A stretch of 64,000 bases of DNA from an uncultured Burkholderiales bacterium. Lineage in GTDB: Bacteria > Actinomycetota > Acidimicrobiia > IMCC26256 > JAGPDB01. The first letter of the stretch is position 1, and each line of letters opens with the position of its first letter. The stretch covers positions 19,676-83,675 of the forward strand of contig CAYMMG010000005.1 of assembly GCA_964391505.1 (NCBI GenBank). The letters run 5' to 3'. Made by a program: the position numbers and the translations under genes. The notes under the pieces are model-generated. The model saw nothing but the letters and a program-made list of their open reading frames with translations, did no database searches and had not been told where the DNA came from. Shown here one piece after another: positions 36,126 through 43,788 of the stretch.

Positions 36126-36776
36126 ATGCGAATTGCAGTATTGGGAACGGGTGTTGTGGGCCAGACGATTGGCCGAAAATTAGTAGAACTGGGTCATGAA
36201 GTAGGTATGGGCTCGCGCAGTGCCAGCAATGAGAAGGCTCTCGGCTGGGCGGCTGAGACGGGTGGGCAATCGGGTACATTTGACGATGTCAGTGATGGTG
36301 CCGAAGTCATTTTCAACTGTACGAACGGTGAAAAATCTATCGAGGCGCTTGCGAGCGTTTCTTCAACTCATCTCGCAGGGAAAGTTCTTATAGATCTCGC
36401 GAATGAACTTGAGGTCGTCGACGGCAGGCCGCGAAGCTTGGCAAGCGCGGACAATTCGTTGGGCACTAAAATTCAGAATGCATTTCCCAATGTTCGAGTG
36501 GTCAAAACTCTTAATACCGTCAATACGAATGTCATGGTCAATCCTTTGCTCGTTCCTGGGTATCACAATGTTTTCATCAATGGCGATGATCAGGCCGCCA
36601 AGAGGGTTGTAAGAGAACTTTTAGAGAGCTTTGGATGGAAAAGCGATGCAATTATCGATCTGGGTGGAATCGAAAACGCAGTGGGCCCCGAAATGCTCAT
36701 GGCCTTCTGGCTTACCGTCTTCTTGTCAGGAAATGGTGCTCCGAATGCGAATTTTAATATAGCGATTGTTCGTTGA
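36126..36776 (+). CDS. NADP oxidoreductase, coenzyme F420-dependent family (NpdG/Fno-like)
   Basis: 216 aa with an IAVLGTGVVGQTIG dinucleotide fold. GGAGAT RBS. It is divergent from TetR. Confidence 0.6.
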   Translation: MRIAVLGTGVVGQTIGRKLVELGHEVGMGSRSASNEKALGWAAETGGQSGTFDDVSDGAEVIFNCTNGEKSIEALASVSSTHLAGKVLIDLANELEVVDGRPRSLASADNSLGTKIQNAFPNVRVVKTLNTVNTNVMVNPLLVPGYHNVFINGDDQAAKRVVRELLESFGWKSDAIIDLGGIENAVGPEMLMAFWLTVFLSGNGAPNANFNIAIVR

Positions 36777-36795
36777 ATAGAGTGTAGGACTCGAT

Positions 36796-36957
36796 ACAAG
36801 TGAACGGACTGCTGCAACTTCGCTGTTTCTGGGGAGGGCCGCAAGCTGCAAGGCTGCAGATCCCGATACAACTGAACGACTTGCTGCAGATTCGTTTATC
36901 TGGGGGAGGGCCGCACCTTGTATAACCGCTTTGCGGTTGTCCAAGGAACAACCCTAG
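36796..36957 (+). repeat. family A intergenic element, dimer (truncated unit 36796-36867 + full unit 36868-36957)
   Basis: It has the same dimer architecture as 32586-32750. The right-hand 56 nt differ at only 2 positions by eye. Confidence 0.9.
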
Positions 36958-37052
36958 TCTTGTCACCGCTTTTGTGAATTATTTTTTTAAGCGCTAAAAT
37001 TCACGGGCTGTATTCGTAAGTTTAAGAAATCGTATTCCAAGGATGTGAAGCG

Positions 37053-38267
37053 TTGTCAAGGAACGGAAAAGTTAGCGATAGAGACGTCGCTGAAGAAATA
37101 CTGAGACGCCAAGCCTTAGGCCATAATGCAAGAGATATCGTTCGCGATACTGCACAACTTGCCAGACGTACACTTGCACAAATCGAAGTCAGCAAGGCAA
37201 CCCAGCCGCTATTGGAATTCTGGTTACGCAATACGCCGTGGATCGATGTTTCGGGTCGTTGGGATTTACAGTTTGTCGATGGCAAACTTCCTAAAGGTCA
37301 AGTCCTGGATTTGGGGGCCGGTACTACTTTCATGACGCATCTTTATGCAGCAACAAATCCGCGTGCAGTAATAACTGCTTGCGATTCGGATAGAAGAAAT
37401 GGAGGTAAGGAACGTGTCGAGCTTTTTCAAAAAGATCCTGAGCTTCGTGAACGAATGGTCTCTGAAGCTCAGAGGCGTATTTGTGCCATAGACATTGCCT
37501 TCGATATTGGAACCAAAGTATCTGGCGGGAAAAGATCTCCCAATGTCTCAGCGAATTTTGTTCGACCAGCTCGTCCCTTAGAAAACTATCTCGATGCGCA
37601 ATGTCCTAATATTCCCGTTCTCGATGCTTCCTTTGAGGGTTTAATAGCTATGAGAGTATTTGACTATCTCGATGACCCAATCGGTTTCTTCCAAGAAGCC
37701 CAAAGAATTTTGGATACTCGTCGGGGAAAGATTCTCATGAATGTATATAACCCTTTTAACTTGGGCCCATGGGGGATGATGACGGCAATGATGTCATCAT
37801 CTATGAAGTCAATGGAAGTAGGTGCGGCAACTTTACAATCGGGAAAAGTACAAAAAAATCTTTTTGCCGAATGTCTCCAGAGATTCCTTGTTATAGCTGC
37901 TTCTCACGGATTTGAAATGACCAGATTGGCACATGACGGCTATGCCCCTTCTGAGTTCGATGTACATAGCGAGCCTTCAAAAATGCGAGCTTGGGAAAAG
38001 TGTGAAGCACTATTTCCTGGACGGATCAATGAGGGCGGAATCAAACAACAGCTTCCCGAAATAGCTCCAGAGACACTTTATTTTGAATTCACACGTAAGG
38101 AACCAGATAAAATTTTTGTTCCCACTCCCGAAGCTTGGCAACCTTTCGTCGATGGAACGAATGCCCCAGAGCGGATTGTGCAACGGGGGCTTGGCGACGC
38201 GCTCCGTATCCAATATTTACCTTCGCTTTCACGTAAACCTATTGCTCTAGATGGGGCAATGCGGTAG
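37053..38267 (+). CDS. class I SAM-dependent methyltransferase-fold protein with unknown N- and C-terminal extensions (paralog A)
   Basis: 404 aa. A TTG start is forced by the stop at 37047-37049. Motif I is VLDLGAGTT. The post-motif region FDYLDDPIGFFQEAQRILDTRRGKILMNVYNP is typical of small-molecule/RNA methyltransferases. Confidence 0.6.
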   Translation: MSRNGKVSDRDVAEEILRRQALGHNARDIVRDTAQLARRTLAQIEVSKATQPLLEFWLRNTPWIDVSGRWDLQFVDGKLPKGQVLDLGAGTTFMTHLYAATNPRAVITACDSDRRNGGKERVELFQKDPELRERMVSEAQRRICAIDIAFDIGTKVSGGKRSPNVSANFVRPARPLENYLDAQCPNIPVLDASFEGLIAMRVFDYLDDPIGFFQEAQRILDTRRGKILMNVYNPFNLGPWGMMTAMMSSSMKSMEVGAATLQSGKVQKNLFAECLQRFLVIAASHGFEMTRLAHDGYAPSEFDVHSEPSKMRAWEKCEALFPGRINEGGIKQQLPEIAPETLYFEFTRKEPDKIFVPTPEAWQPFVDGTNAPERIVQRGLGDALRIQYLPSLSRKPIALDGAMR

Positions 38268-39388
38268 TGGCTCAAAACGGTCGACTCGACTCCATTTTTC
38301 ATTCGGGTGATGAAAACTTCATTAATGAAGTAACTGATGGACTCGCTGAAATAATTGAAAGAGAACGATTCGTCAAGCAGTGGCTAGAAACAGGTGCTTG
38401 GGTGGAAGTCACGTCACCATTGAACTTACTTTTTACCAGGGGACGCATTCCTTCGGGTCGCATTCTCGATGTGGGAGCAGGAACGGGCATGATGACACAC
38501 ATTTTGGCCGATGCTAATCCGCGATCGGTTTTTTATGGGTGCGATAAGAGCGCTATCAGTAATGCCATCGAAGAAATGTTTAGAAAGTATCCAGAATGCT
38601 TGACGCGCATTATGTCTACTGTCCGACATCAAATCGGCACTATTCATGAACTGAATGTTCCTGTAAATGGAACATCCTCTCGCACGGCGACGCAGAAGCC
38701 TTATCAGATCTCTTCTCGGCTACTCGGTGGATGGATCGATGCATATTCTCCCAACATTCCTTCTGAGAATGGTTTTTTTCGTGCAGTCACATCTTTTCAG
38801 GCATTCCACGACATGGACGCGCCGGATGCATTCTTCTCAGAGGTGAGTCGACTTACAACACCAAACGGAATGCTCTTCATGAGTATTATGAATCCTTATG
38901 CAACAGAAATGTTGGATTCGCTTTCACATCTTTTAGGGCATGCATTTCAACCGGACGATATTGGTGTATCAACATTGGATTCGCAGCGGTGTCAGGACGA
39001 TATCCTTGCTCAATACCTTCAAAGGATTCTTGTTCTCGCAGCAGTAAATGGCTTTGAAGTAAAGCGTATTGCACGGTTTCCCTTTGGTAGACAGACCTTT
39101 CCTTTTACGCCAGAAGAAAATGCTTCTTCCCGAAATAAATTTAATGAGCGTTTTGCTGATCGTCTTGGTCAGAATGGATATCAACATCCAGATATTGATG
39201 AATGTCCACTGGCGTTCTTTTTGGAATTTAAGAAAAAAGACCCATCAAAAATATTTGTTCCCGAAATTGATACATGGATTGGTTACATGGATGCATCTGT
39301 TCCTGAACGACCAGTGGAAAAAGGTCAAAGCCGAATTCGCATTGAAGTTCTTCCCCAGCCGTCACGGAGCGCAGGGCGATCGAGATAA
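38267..39388 (+). CDS. class I SAM-dependent methyltransferase-fold protein (paralog B of the preceding gene)
   Basis: 373 aa. The GTG start overlaps the upstream TAG by 1 nt (TAGTG). Motif I is ILDVGAGTG. It is collinear with paralog A at roughly 30% identity by eye and shares the C-terminal KIFVP...W...D...PER motif. Confidence 0.6.
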   Translation: MAQNGRLDSIFHSGDENFINEVTDGLAEIIERERFVKQWLETGAWVEVTSPLNLLFTRGRIPSGRILDVGAGTGMMTHILADANPRSVFYGCDKSAISNAIEEMFRKYPECLTRIMSTVRHQIGTIHELNVPVNGTSSRTATQKPYQISSRLLGGWIDAYSPNIPSENGFFRAVTSFQAFHDMDAPDAFFSEVSRLTTPNGMLFMSIMNPYATEMLDSLSHLLGHAFQPDDIGVSTLDSQRCQDDILAQYLQRILVLAAVNGFEVKRIARFPFGRQTFPFTPEENASSRNKFNERFADRLGQNGYQHPDIDECPLAFFLEFKKKDPSKIFVPEIDTWIGYMDASVPERPVEKGQSRIRIEVLPQPSRSAGRSR

Positions 39389-39471
39389 TTTCTTCGCGTT
39401 GGTAGGTTTTGTTAAGGCCGATCTCTGAGTTAGACAGTTTTTCTGTCGTAGCTCCCTGGTACCTTAATGAC

Positions 39472-39969
39472 ATGGAACGAGTTTGTACTGCGTGCAAAAA
39501 ACGGTTCAGACCTTCATCAGGGCAATTACACTGCCCATCTTGTCGAGAAGAGCTTGCCAAAATGCCTTGCGAAAAGTGCGGCCTGTTGCGCCAGAAGGAT
39601 AGTAAACAATGTGCTGTATGTTGGGGGAAAGAACAATCTGGGAAAAAGAACGGTAACTGGAAAGGCGGTAGAAGAAACCATGGTGGCGGATATATCCAGA
39701 TCAAAGCGCTTTGGCATCCCCGGAGTGTAAAGAATGATGGATATGTATTCGAGCACATTATTGTCATGGAAAAAATGATTGGTAGATATTTATTACCTAA
39801 CGAAAATGTGCACCATAAAAATAGCATCAGAGATGACAATCGTCCCGAAAACCTAGAACTCTGGGCAAGAGGCCAGCCAAATGGAGCGAGAGTCGCAGAC
39901 CTTTATGAATGGGCGATACATATAGTTGATAGATATGGGGATCTGTTCACACCTCCAACTGCTGACTGA
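39472..39969 (+). CDS. HNH endonuclease with N-terminal Cys-rich zinc-ribbon region
   Basis: CTACKK..CPSC and CEKCG..CAVC precede YVFEHIIVMEKMIGRYLLPNENVHHKNSIRDDNRPENLELW (HNH core). ATG 39472 is preferred over TTG 39409. Confidence 0.75.
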   Translation: MERVCTACKKRFRPSSGQLHCPSCREELAKMPCEKCGLLRQKDSKQCAVCWGKEQSGKKNGNWKGGRRNHGGGYIQIKALWHPRSVKNDGYVFEHIIVMEKMIGRYLLPNENVHHKNSIRDDNRPENLELWARGQPNGARVADLYEWAIHIVDRYGDLFTPPTAD

Positions 39970-39985
39970 CGAATCAATCAACACT

Positions 39986-40347
39986 TGGAGGTGGGGGGTT
40001 TCGAAACCCCCGTCCTTTAGACCCATTCGTAGGCCTTCTCCGAGCGCAGTTACCGGTAAGGTTTCGAAACATTTGCCGCCAGTAACTCTGACAAAGTTTC
40101 TAGTCAACTAAATATGTCCTCGTAAGTAGCTAACGCCTTACGGAGCAAGTACCGTGATTGAACCTGATGCGGCGACGGTACCTACCGCTTCAGGCACTAC
40201 TTAAAATTAATTAAGCAGCTAGTGCGTAGACTGAGCTTTCGCTCTCATCGTTTGCATTTATTGTTTTGCACAGACTCTTTAACGACAGTCTGCAACGTCG
40301 GCTCGCTTCTCCTACGGCCAAGTACAAAGTCGAAACCATGCACCCCC
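39986..40347 (-). ncRNA. ssrA: transfer-messenger RNA (tmRNA)
   Basis: The 5' end is GGGGGUGCAUGGUUUCGAC. The 3' end is GGACGGGGGUUUCGAAACCCCCCACCUCC-A. A 7-bp acceptor stem carries G3:U (Ala identity). An internal tag ORF is present. CCA is not encoded. A TACAAT -10-like box lies at 40357-40362 (minus strand). Confidence 0.9.
40210..40254 (-). other. tmRNA tag-peptide reading frame ANDESESSVYALAA + TAA
   Basis: Resume codon GCA at 40254-40252. 14 codons end in the canonical ALAA, followed by UAA. Confidence 0.8.
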
Positions 40348-40423
40348 GAGACTTATATTGTACAACGGCCGTCAAGGGGTTTTCATCCCTAATCTGACAT
40401 AAAGCAATAGCTACTATTGATTC

Positions 40424-41188
40424 ATGCCTACAGAGAGCGAAGAGACCGAGAAACAAAAACGCGATCTGTTGCATTACACCAAGCAAATGCAACATGAACT
40501 TGAAAAGAACTCCAAATGGGTTATTAAAAACCTTGATATGGTCAATCGGCAAGGTCGAATCGCCGCCGGGTCACTTCTCTTTCTCGCAGCCTTTGTTCAA
40601 CTTATACTTCCTAGTCATTTAGTTACAGGATCACGATTCTTTTTACCGCCTATTGAGATCGCCCTCGGTTTGATCTTTATTATCTGGCAAAAGCTTTTCG
40701 ATCAGCATCATCTATGGTTGCGTCATATAACCATCAGCTTTACTCTTGTGATCTCGTTCGGTAATGCAGTGTCCACTGGATTTCTTATCGACAAAATTAT
40801 TCAAGATTCGGAACTGACAGCTATCCATTTACTCATGGCCGGAGGAGTGGTGTGGTTTACAAACGTGGTGACCTTTGCGCTGCTCTACTGGGAATTCGAC
40901 CGCGGAGGTCCACTTGCTCGGATTGTAAATGGTTGGCAGCACGCAGATTTCTATTTTCCTCAAATGGATATTGATTATTCGGGTGAAGCAACCAAAGCAA
41001 TTGTGCGCCCCGGTTGGGAACCTCACTACTTCGACTATTTATATTTGGCGACCACCAACGCGACAGCATTTTCTCCCACCGACGTGATGCCGCTTACGTG
41101 GAAGGCGAAAGCTTTGATGGGTACTCAATCGGTTGTCTCGCTGGTGACGGTTACACTTGTCGCAGCACGTGCCGTGAACATTCTTTAA
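40424..41188 (+). CDS. DUF1345-like integral membrane protein
   Basis: 254 aa with about 5 TM segments and the LLYWEFDRGGP and ATTNATAFSPTDV motifs recalled for DUF1345. The exact start is uncertain. Confidence 0.55.
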   Translation: MPTESEETEKQKRDLLHYTKQMQHELEKNSKWVIKNLDMVNRQGRIAAGSLLFLAAFVQLILPSHLVTGSRFFLPPIEIALGLIFIIWQKLFDQHHLWLRHITISFTLVISFGNAVSTGFLIDKIIQDSELTAIHLLMAGGVVWFTNVVTFALLYWEFDRGGPLARIVNGWQHADFYFPQMDIDYSGEATKAIVRPGWEPHYFDYLYLATTNATAFSPTDVMPLTWKAKALMGTQSVVSLVTVTLVAARAVNIL

Positions 41189-41348
41189 TGGCAGGGCGGG
41201 TCGCTGTAAAGACTTTGCAGCGTAAGATCTCGTTCACGAAAAATGAGGTTAACTGCGCAATACTGTAGAATCTTCTAAAATCGACATTAGTGTTGCATGG
41301 GCGAAAGGTGCCAGGTCGCGGTGTCAATGGCAAGACGAGGATGATGAG

Positions 41349-41882
41349 TTGACGCAGAATACACCCAAGGTGCGGTCAACCCTCGTTCAACTTCCCGACT
41401 CCGTCCTTATCTGTCTCGACAAAATACACTTAGCTCAAGGCGGCCTTCGAAGCGATATAGTCCTCAGAGCTATTTTGACAACTGTTATTGAGTTGTCAAC
41501 CGTCGAAGAAGACGCTCGCGAATATTACGAGAGGCGATCACGTTACGGCGAGATTGTTGATCATGAATGGGATAACCCACACTCTGAACAACCGTGCAGA
41601 GCAAGACAGAAGGATATCCTTATTGAGGCAGGATTAGATACGGAATTACAACGGTTAACGCAAATTGAAATCAGTGTTCCCGTATCACTGCTCGATCGTG
41701 TGGATGCGCTTTGTTCTACCTTAGGGCTTTATCGCAATGAATTCTTTAGGTATTCGATAATTGACATGGTGGTAGATGAAGTACTGGAAATAATTAAAGG
41801 CGAAATCGAAATCGTTGTACCCGATGACGTATCAGTGCTACCCCAACCGCCAACTCAACCTCCACCGACACCCGAACTATAA
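41349..41882 (+). CDS. hypothetical protein with two ribbon-helix-helix-like modules and a Pro-rich tail
   Basis: 177 aa. Two similar segments (LVQLPDSVLICLDKIHLAQGGLRSDIVLRAIL and ISVPVSLLDRVDALCSTLGLYRNEFFRYSII) resemble CopG/RHH. The C-terminus is PQPPTQPPPTPEL. Confidence 0.45.
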   Translation: MTQNTPKVRSTLVQLPDSVLICLDKIHLAQGGLRSDIVLRAILTTVIELSTVEEDAREYYERRSRYGEIVDHEWDNPHSEQPCRARQKDILIEAGLDTELQRLTQIEISVPVSLLDRVDALCSTLGLYRNEFFRYSIIDMVVDEVLEIIKGEIEIVVPDDVSVLPQPPTQPPPTPEL

Positions 41883-42365
41883 CTATTTGTGTCGTTCTTT
41901 GAAGGCGCGTTGGATATCGCGATCCGCGTCGCGTTTCTTTAAGTCTTGACGCTTGTCGTAATTGCGTTTCCCTTTGCCGACGCCCAAAGTCAGTTTGGCC
42001 ATACCGCGCACAAAGTCGAGGCGCAAAGGAATCAAGGTAACACCACGTTCTTCCGTAGCCTTCGCCATTTCAGCGATTTCTTTTTTATGCGCTAACAATA
42101 TGCGGGGTCGATCAGGATCGATTTCCCCGCGTGAAAACTTGTACGGATTAATGTGCATGCCATAAATAGTTAATTCGCCGCCATCCGTACGAGCGAAAGC
42201 TTCATCAATGGAGACATGCTTTTCTCTCAGGGATTTCACCTCTGGACCCATCAGGCTGATTCCACATTGATAGGTTTCAAGAATCTCAAAGTCGCGACGA
42301 GCTTTGCGATTGGTCGCAATAGGACCATCGCCTCGGCGTTCAGCGGAATCGGGTTGAGATGACAT
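41883..42365 (-). CDS. smpB: SsrA-binding protein SmpB
   Basis: 160 aa with ATNRKARRDFEILETYQCGISL and LLAHKKEI motifs and a basic C-terminal tail. Confidence 0.95.
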   Translation of the reverse strand: MSSQPDSAERRGDGPIATNRKARRDFEILETYQCGISLMGPEVKSLREKHVSIDEAFARTDGGELTIYGMHINPYKFSRGEIDPDRPRILLAHKKEIAEMAKATEERGVTLIPLRLDFVRGMAKLTLGVGKGKRNYDKRQDLKKRDADRDIQRAFKERHK

Positions 42366-42399
42366 AGTTTCAAGAGTTTATCGTTTGCAGGGTGGTGTA

Positions 42400-42843
42400 A
42401 TGCGCGCTGATATAGTGACTTTTGTGATGTGGACTATACCGAGTGAACTTGAAAACCAAATGAGAGAGCATTGCGTAGACGGATTTCCTCTTGAAGCCTG
42501 TGGGCTCTTCTTAGGTCCACTTGACGGAGAGGGCAAGCCCACAGGCGAGATAACTCATCTTTGGCCGGCTCACAATAGTGAAAAGTCAGCACGCATTTAC
42601 AGTGTTGACTCCAAAGATATGTTTGAAGCGAGTCGTTTTGCGCAAGTTAACGACATTGATATTGTGGGCGTTTACCACTCACATACGCATTCGCCGGCGT
42701 ATCCTTCCCCTACAGATATTGAACAAGTGGTGGATTCGAATTGGTGTTATGCAATTGCATCACTCGCGACAGAAGATATTGAGGTTCACTTTTTTTCTAT
42801 TGAAAATGATGAAGTGACAGAGCTCGAATGTGAGCGGATCTGA
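42400..42843 (+). CDS. mec: JAMM/MPN+ metalloprotease (Mec-type CysO-cysteine hydrolase)
   Basis: EACG...HSHTHSPAYPSPTD JAMM motif. It lies next to cysO/cysM. An alternative TTG start exists at 42385. Confidence 0.8.
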   Translation: MRADIVTFVMWTIPSELENQMREHCVDGFPLEACGLFLGPLDGEGKPTGEITHLWPAHNSEKSARIYSVDSKDMFEASRFAQVNDIDIVGVYHSHTHSPAYPSPTDIEQVVDSNWCYAIASLATEDIEVHFFSIENDEVTELECERI

Positions 42844-42847
42844 TTTT

Positions 42848-42918
42848 CCGCTGCGCGGAGATTCCTCGCAATCCTTCGCAGGCTCAGGACTCCCTACGGT
42901 CGGCTCTCTCGGAATGAC
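42848..42918 (-). repeat. family B intergenic element (long form, inverted)
   Basis: The reverse complement reads GTCATTCCGAGAGAGCCGACCGTAGGGAGTCCTGAGCCTGCGAAGGATTGCGAGGAATCTCCGCGCAGCGG. Confidence 0.8.
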
Positions 42919-42950
42919 AATGGGTAGAATTCTCGAAACGACTGAACTGA

Positions 42951-43673
42951 TTATTGCGCAGGGTCGTCACGTGAAACCGAGATGGCCTCACCAATCACTA
43001 CTTCGCCAGGACCAAGATCTGTAATGGGATTGCTCGCAGCGACGATTTCATTCTCGGGTGTTGCTTCAACGGGCGGATACTGAATATCAGTAGATGAAGG
43101 AGGGCCCGAATCGGCGACCTCTTCGGTGACAATGGCGCGTTCCACTTGCGCGGCTTCGCCAATGTCAACCGAGACTTGTGCTGCAACAGGTGGGGCTGGG
43201 CTATCAGCCTCATCTACTGTTGCATGCGATTGAGTAGGAGTTGATGTTAAATCAGGTTGTGGAGGCTTTGTGAAAACAAGGGATCCTGCTAAAACAGCCC
43301 CTGCGGCAACCATCGAAATTGGAACGAGAACTCTGCCCTTTTTCAACATCTGAATCAAGCGGTGTGTTTGCAAATCATCGCAATGCATCAAACGAGCAAG
43401 TCGTGTCGCCACATCGGTTTCATCCATCTCGAATGCATCAGCAAGGACAAGAAGGTCCTCTTCGCGGAGAGGAATGACCCCTGTTGACATATTCCGCAGT
43501 TCGTAAACCATTGAAAGATAGCTTGATAACGCGATGGTAATGTCACCCTGTACGTCAATAGGGCGTACAGCATCACCTGATGTCATAATCCCAACCGAAG
43601 AGTCAATGCTGATGGGTACTCGTGGTCCCCAAACTGATTCCCCATCCTGGGTAGCTTTCGTCTCATTTTCCAT
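42951..43673 (-). CDS. hypothetical single-pass membrane protein
   Basis: 240 aa with one central TM (VLVPISMVAAGAVLAGSLVF) and an acidic Pro/Thr-rich C-terminal half. It lies on the opposite strand inside the mec-cysO-cysM cluster. Confidence 0.45.
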   Translation of the reverse strand: MENETKATQDGESVWGPRVPISIDSSVGIMTSGDAVRPIDVQGDITIALSSYLSMVYELRNMSTGVIPLREEDLLVLADAFEMDETDVATRLARLMHCDDLQTHRLIQMLKKGRVLVPISMVAAGAVLAGSLVFTKPPQPDLTSTPTQSHATVDEADSPAPPVAAQVSVDIGEAAQVERAIVTEEVADSGPPSSTDIQYPPVEATPENEIVAASNPITDLGPGEVVIGEAISVSRDDPAQ

Positions 43674-43788
43674 TAGAGATATTTTCGACCTATCTGTCCT
43701 AAAACTAAAGATGTATTTCGCGAATTTTACGAATAAGGCTTCTCTGTGCGGAGCGAAAATGCCGAACTATCTGATCTAAGCTGGGATT

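Noticed and set aside
39228-39839. 203-aa minus-strand ORF overlapping the end of methyltransferase paralog B and the HNH gene.
   Set aside because: It is an antisense shadow ORF with a low-complexity Phe/Pro/Ser/Cys-rich translation and no motif. The sense-strand genes have clear domains.
36958-39985. Duplicated ssrA 3' segment (attL/attR) delimiting an island left of the tmRNA gene.
   Set aside because: Only a 9-of-10 nt chance-level match (ATTCGTAAG vs ATTCGTAGG) was seen. No convincing direct repeat and no integrase was found. The island idea is kept only as a hypothesis.
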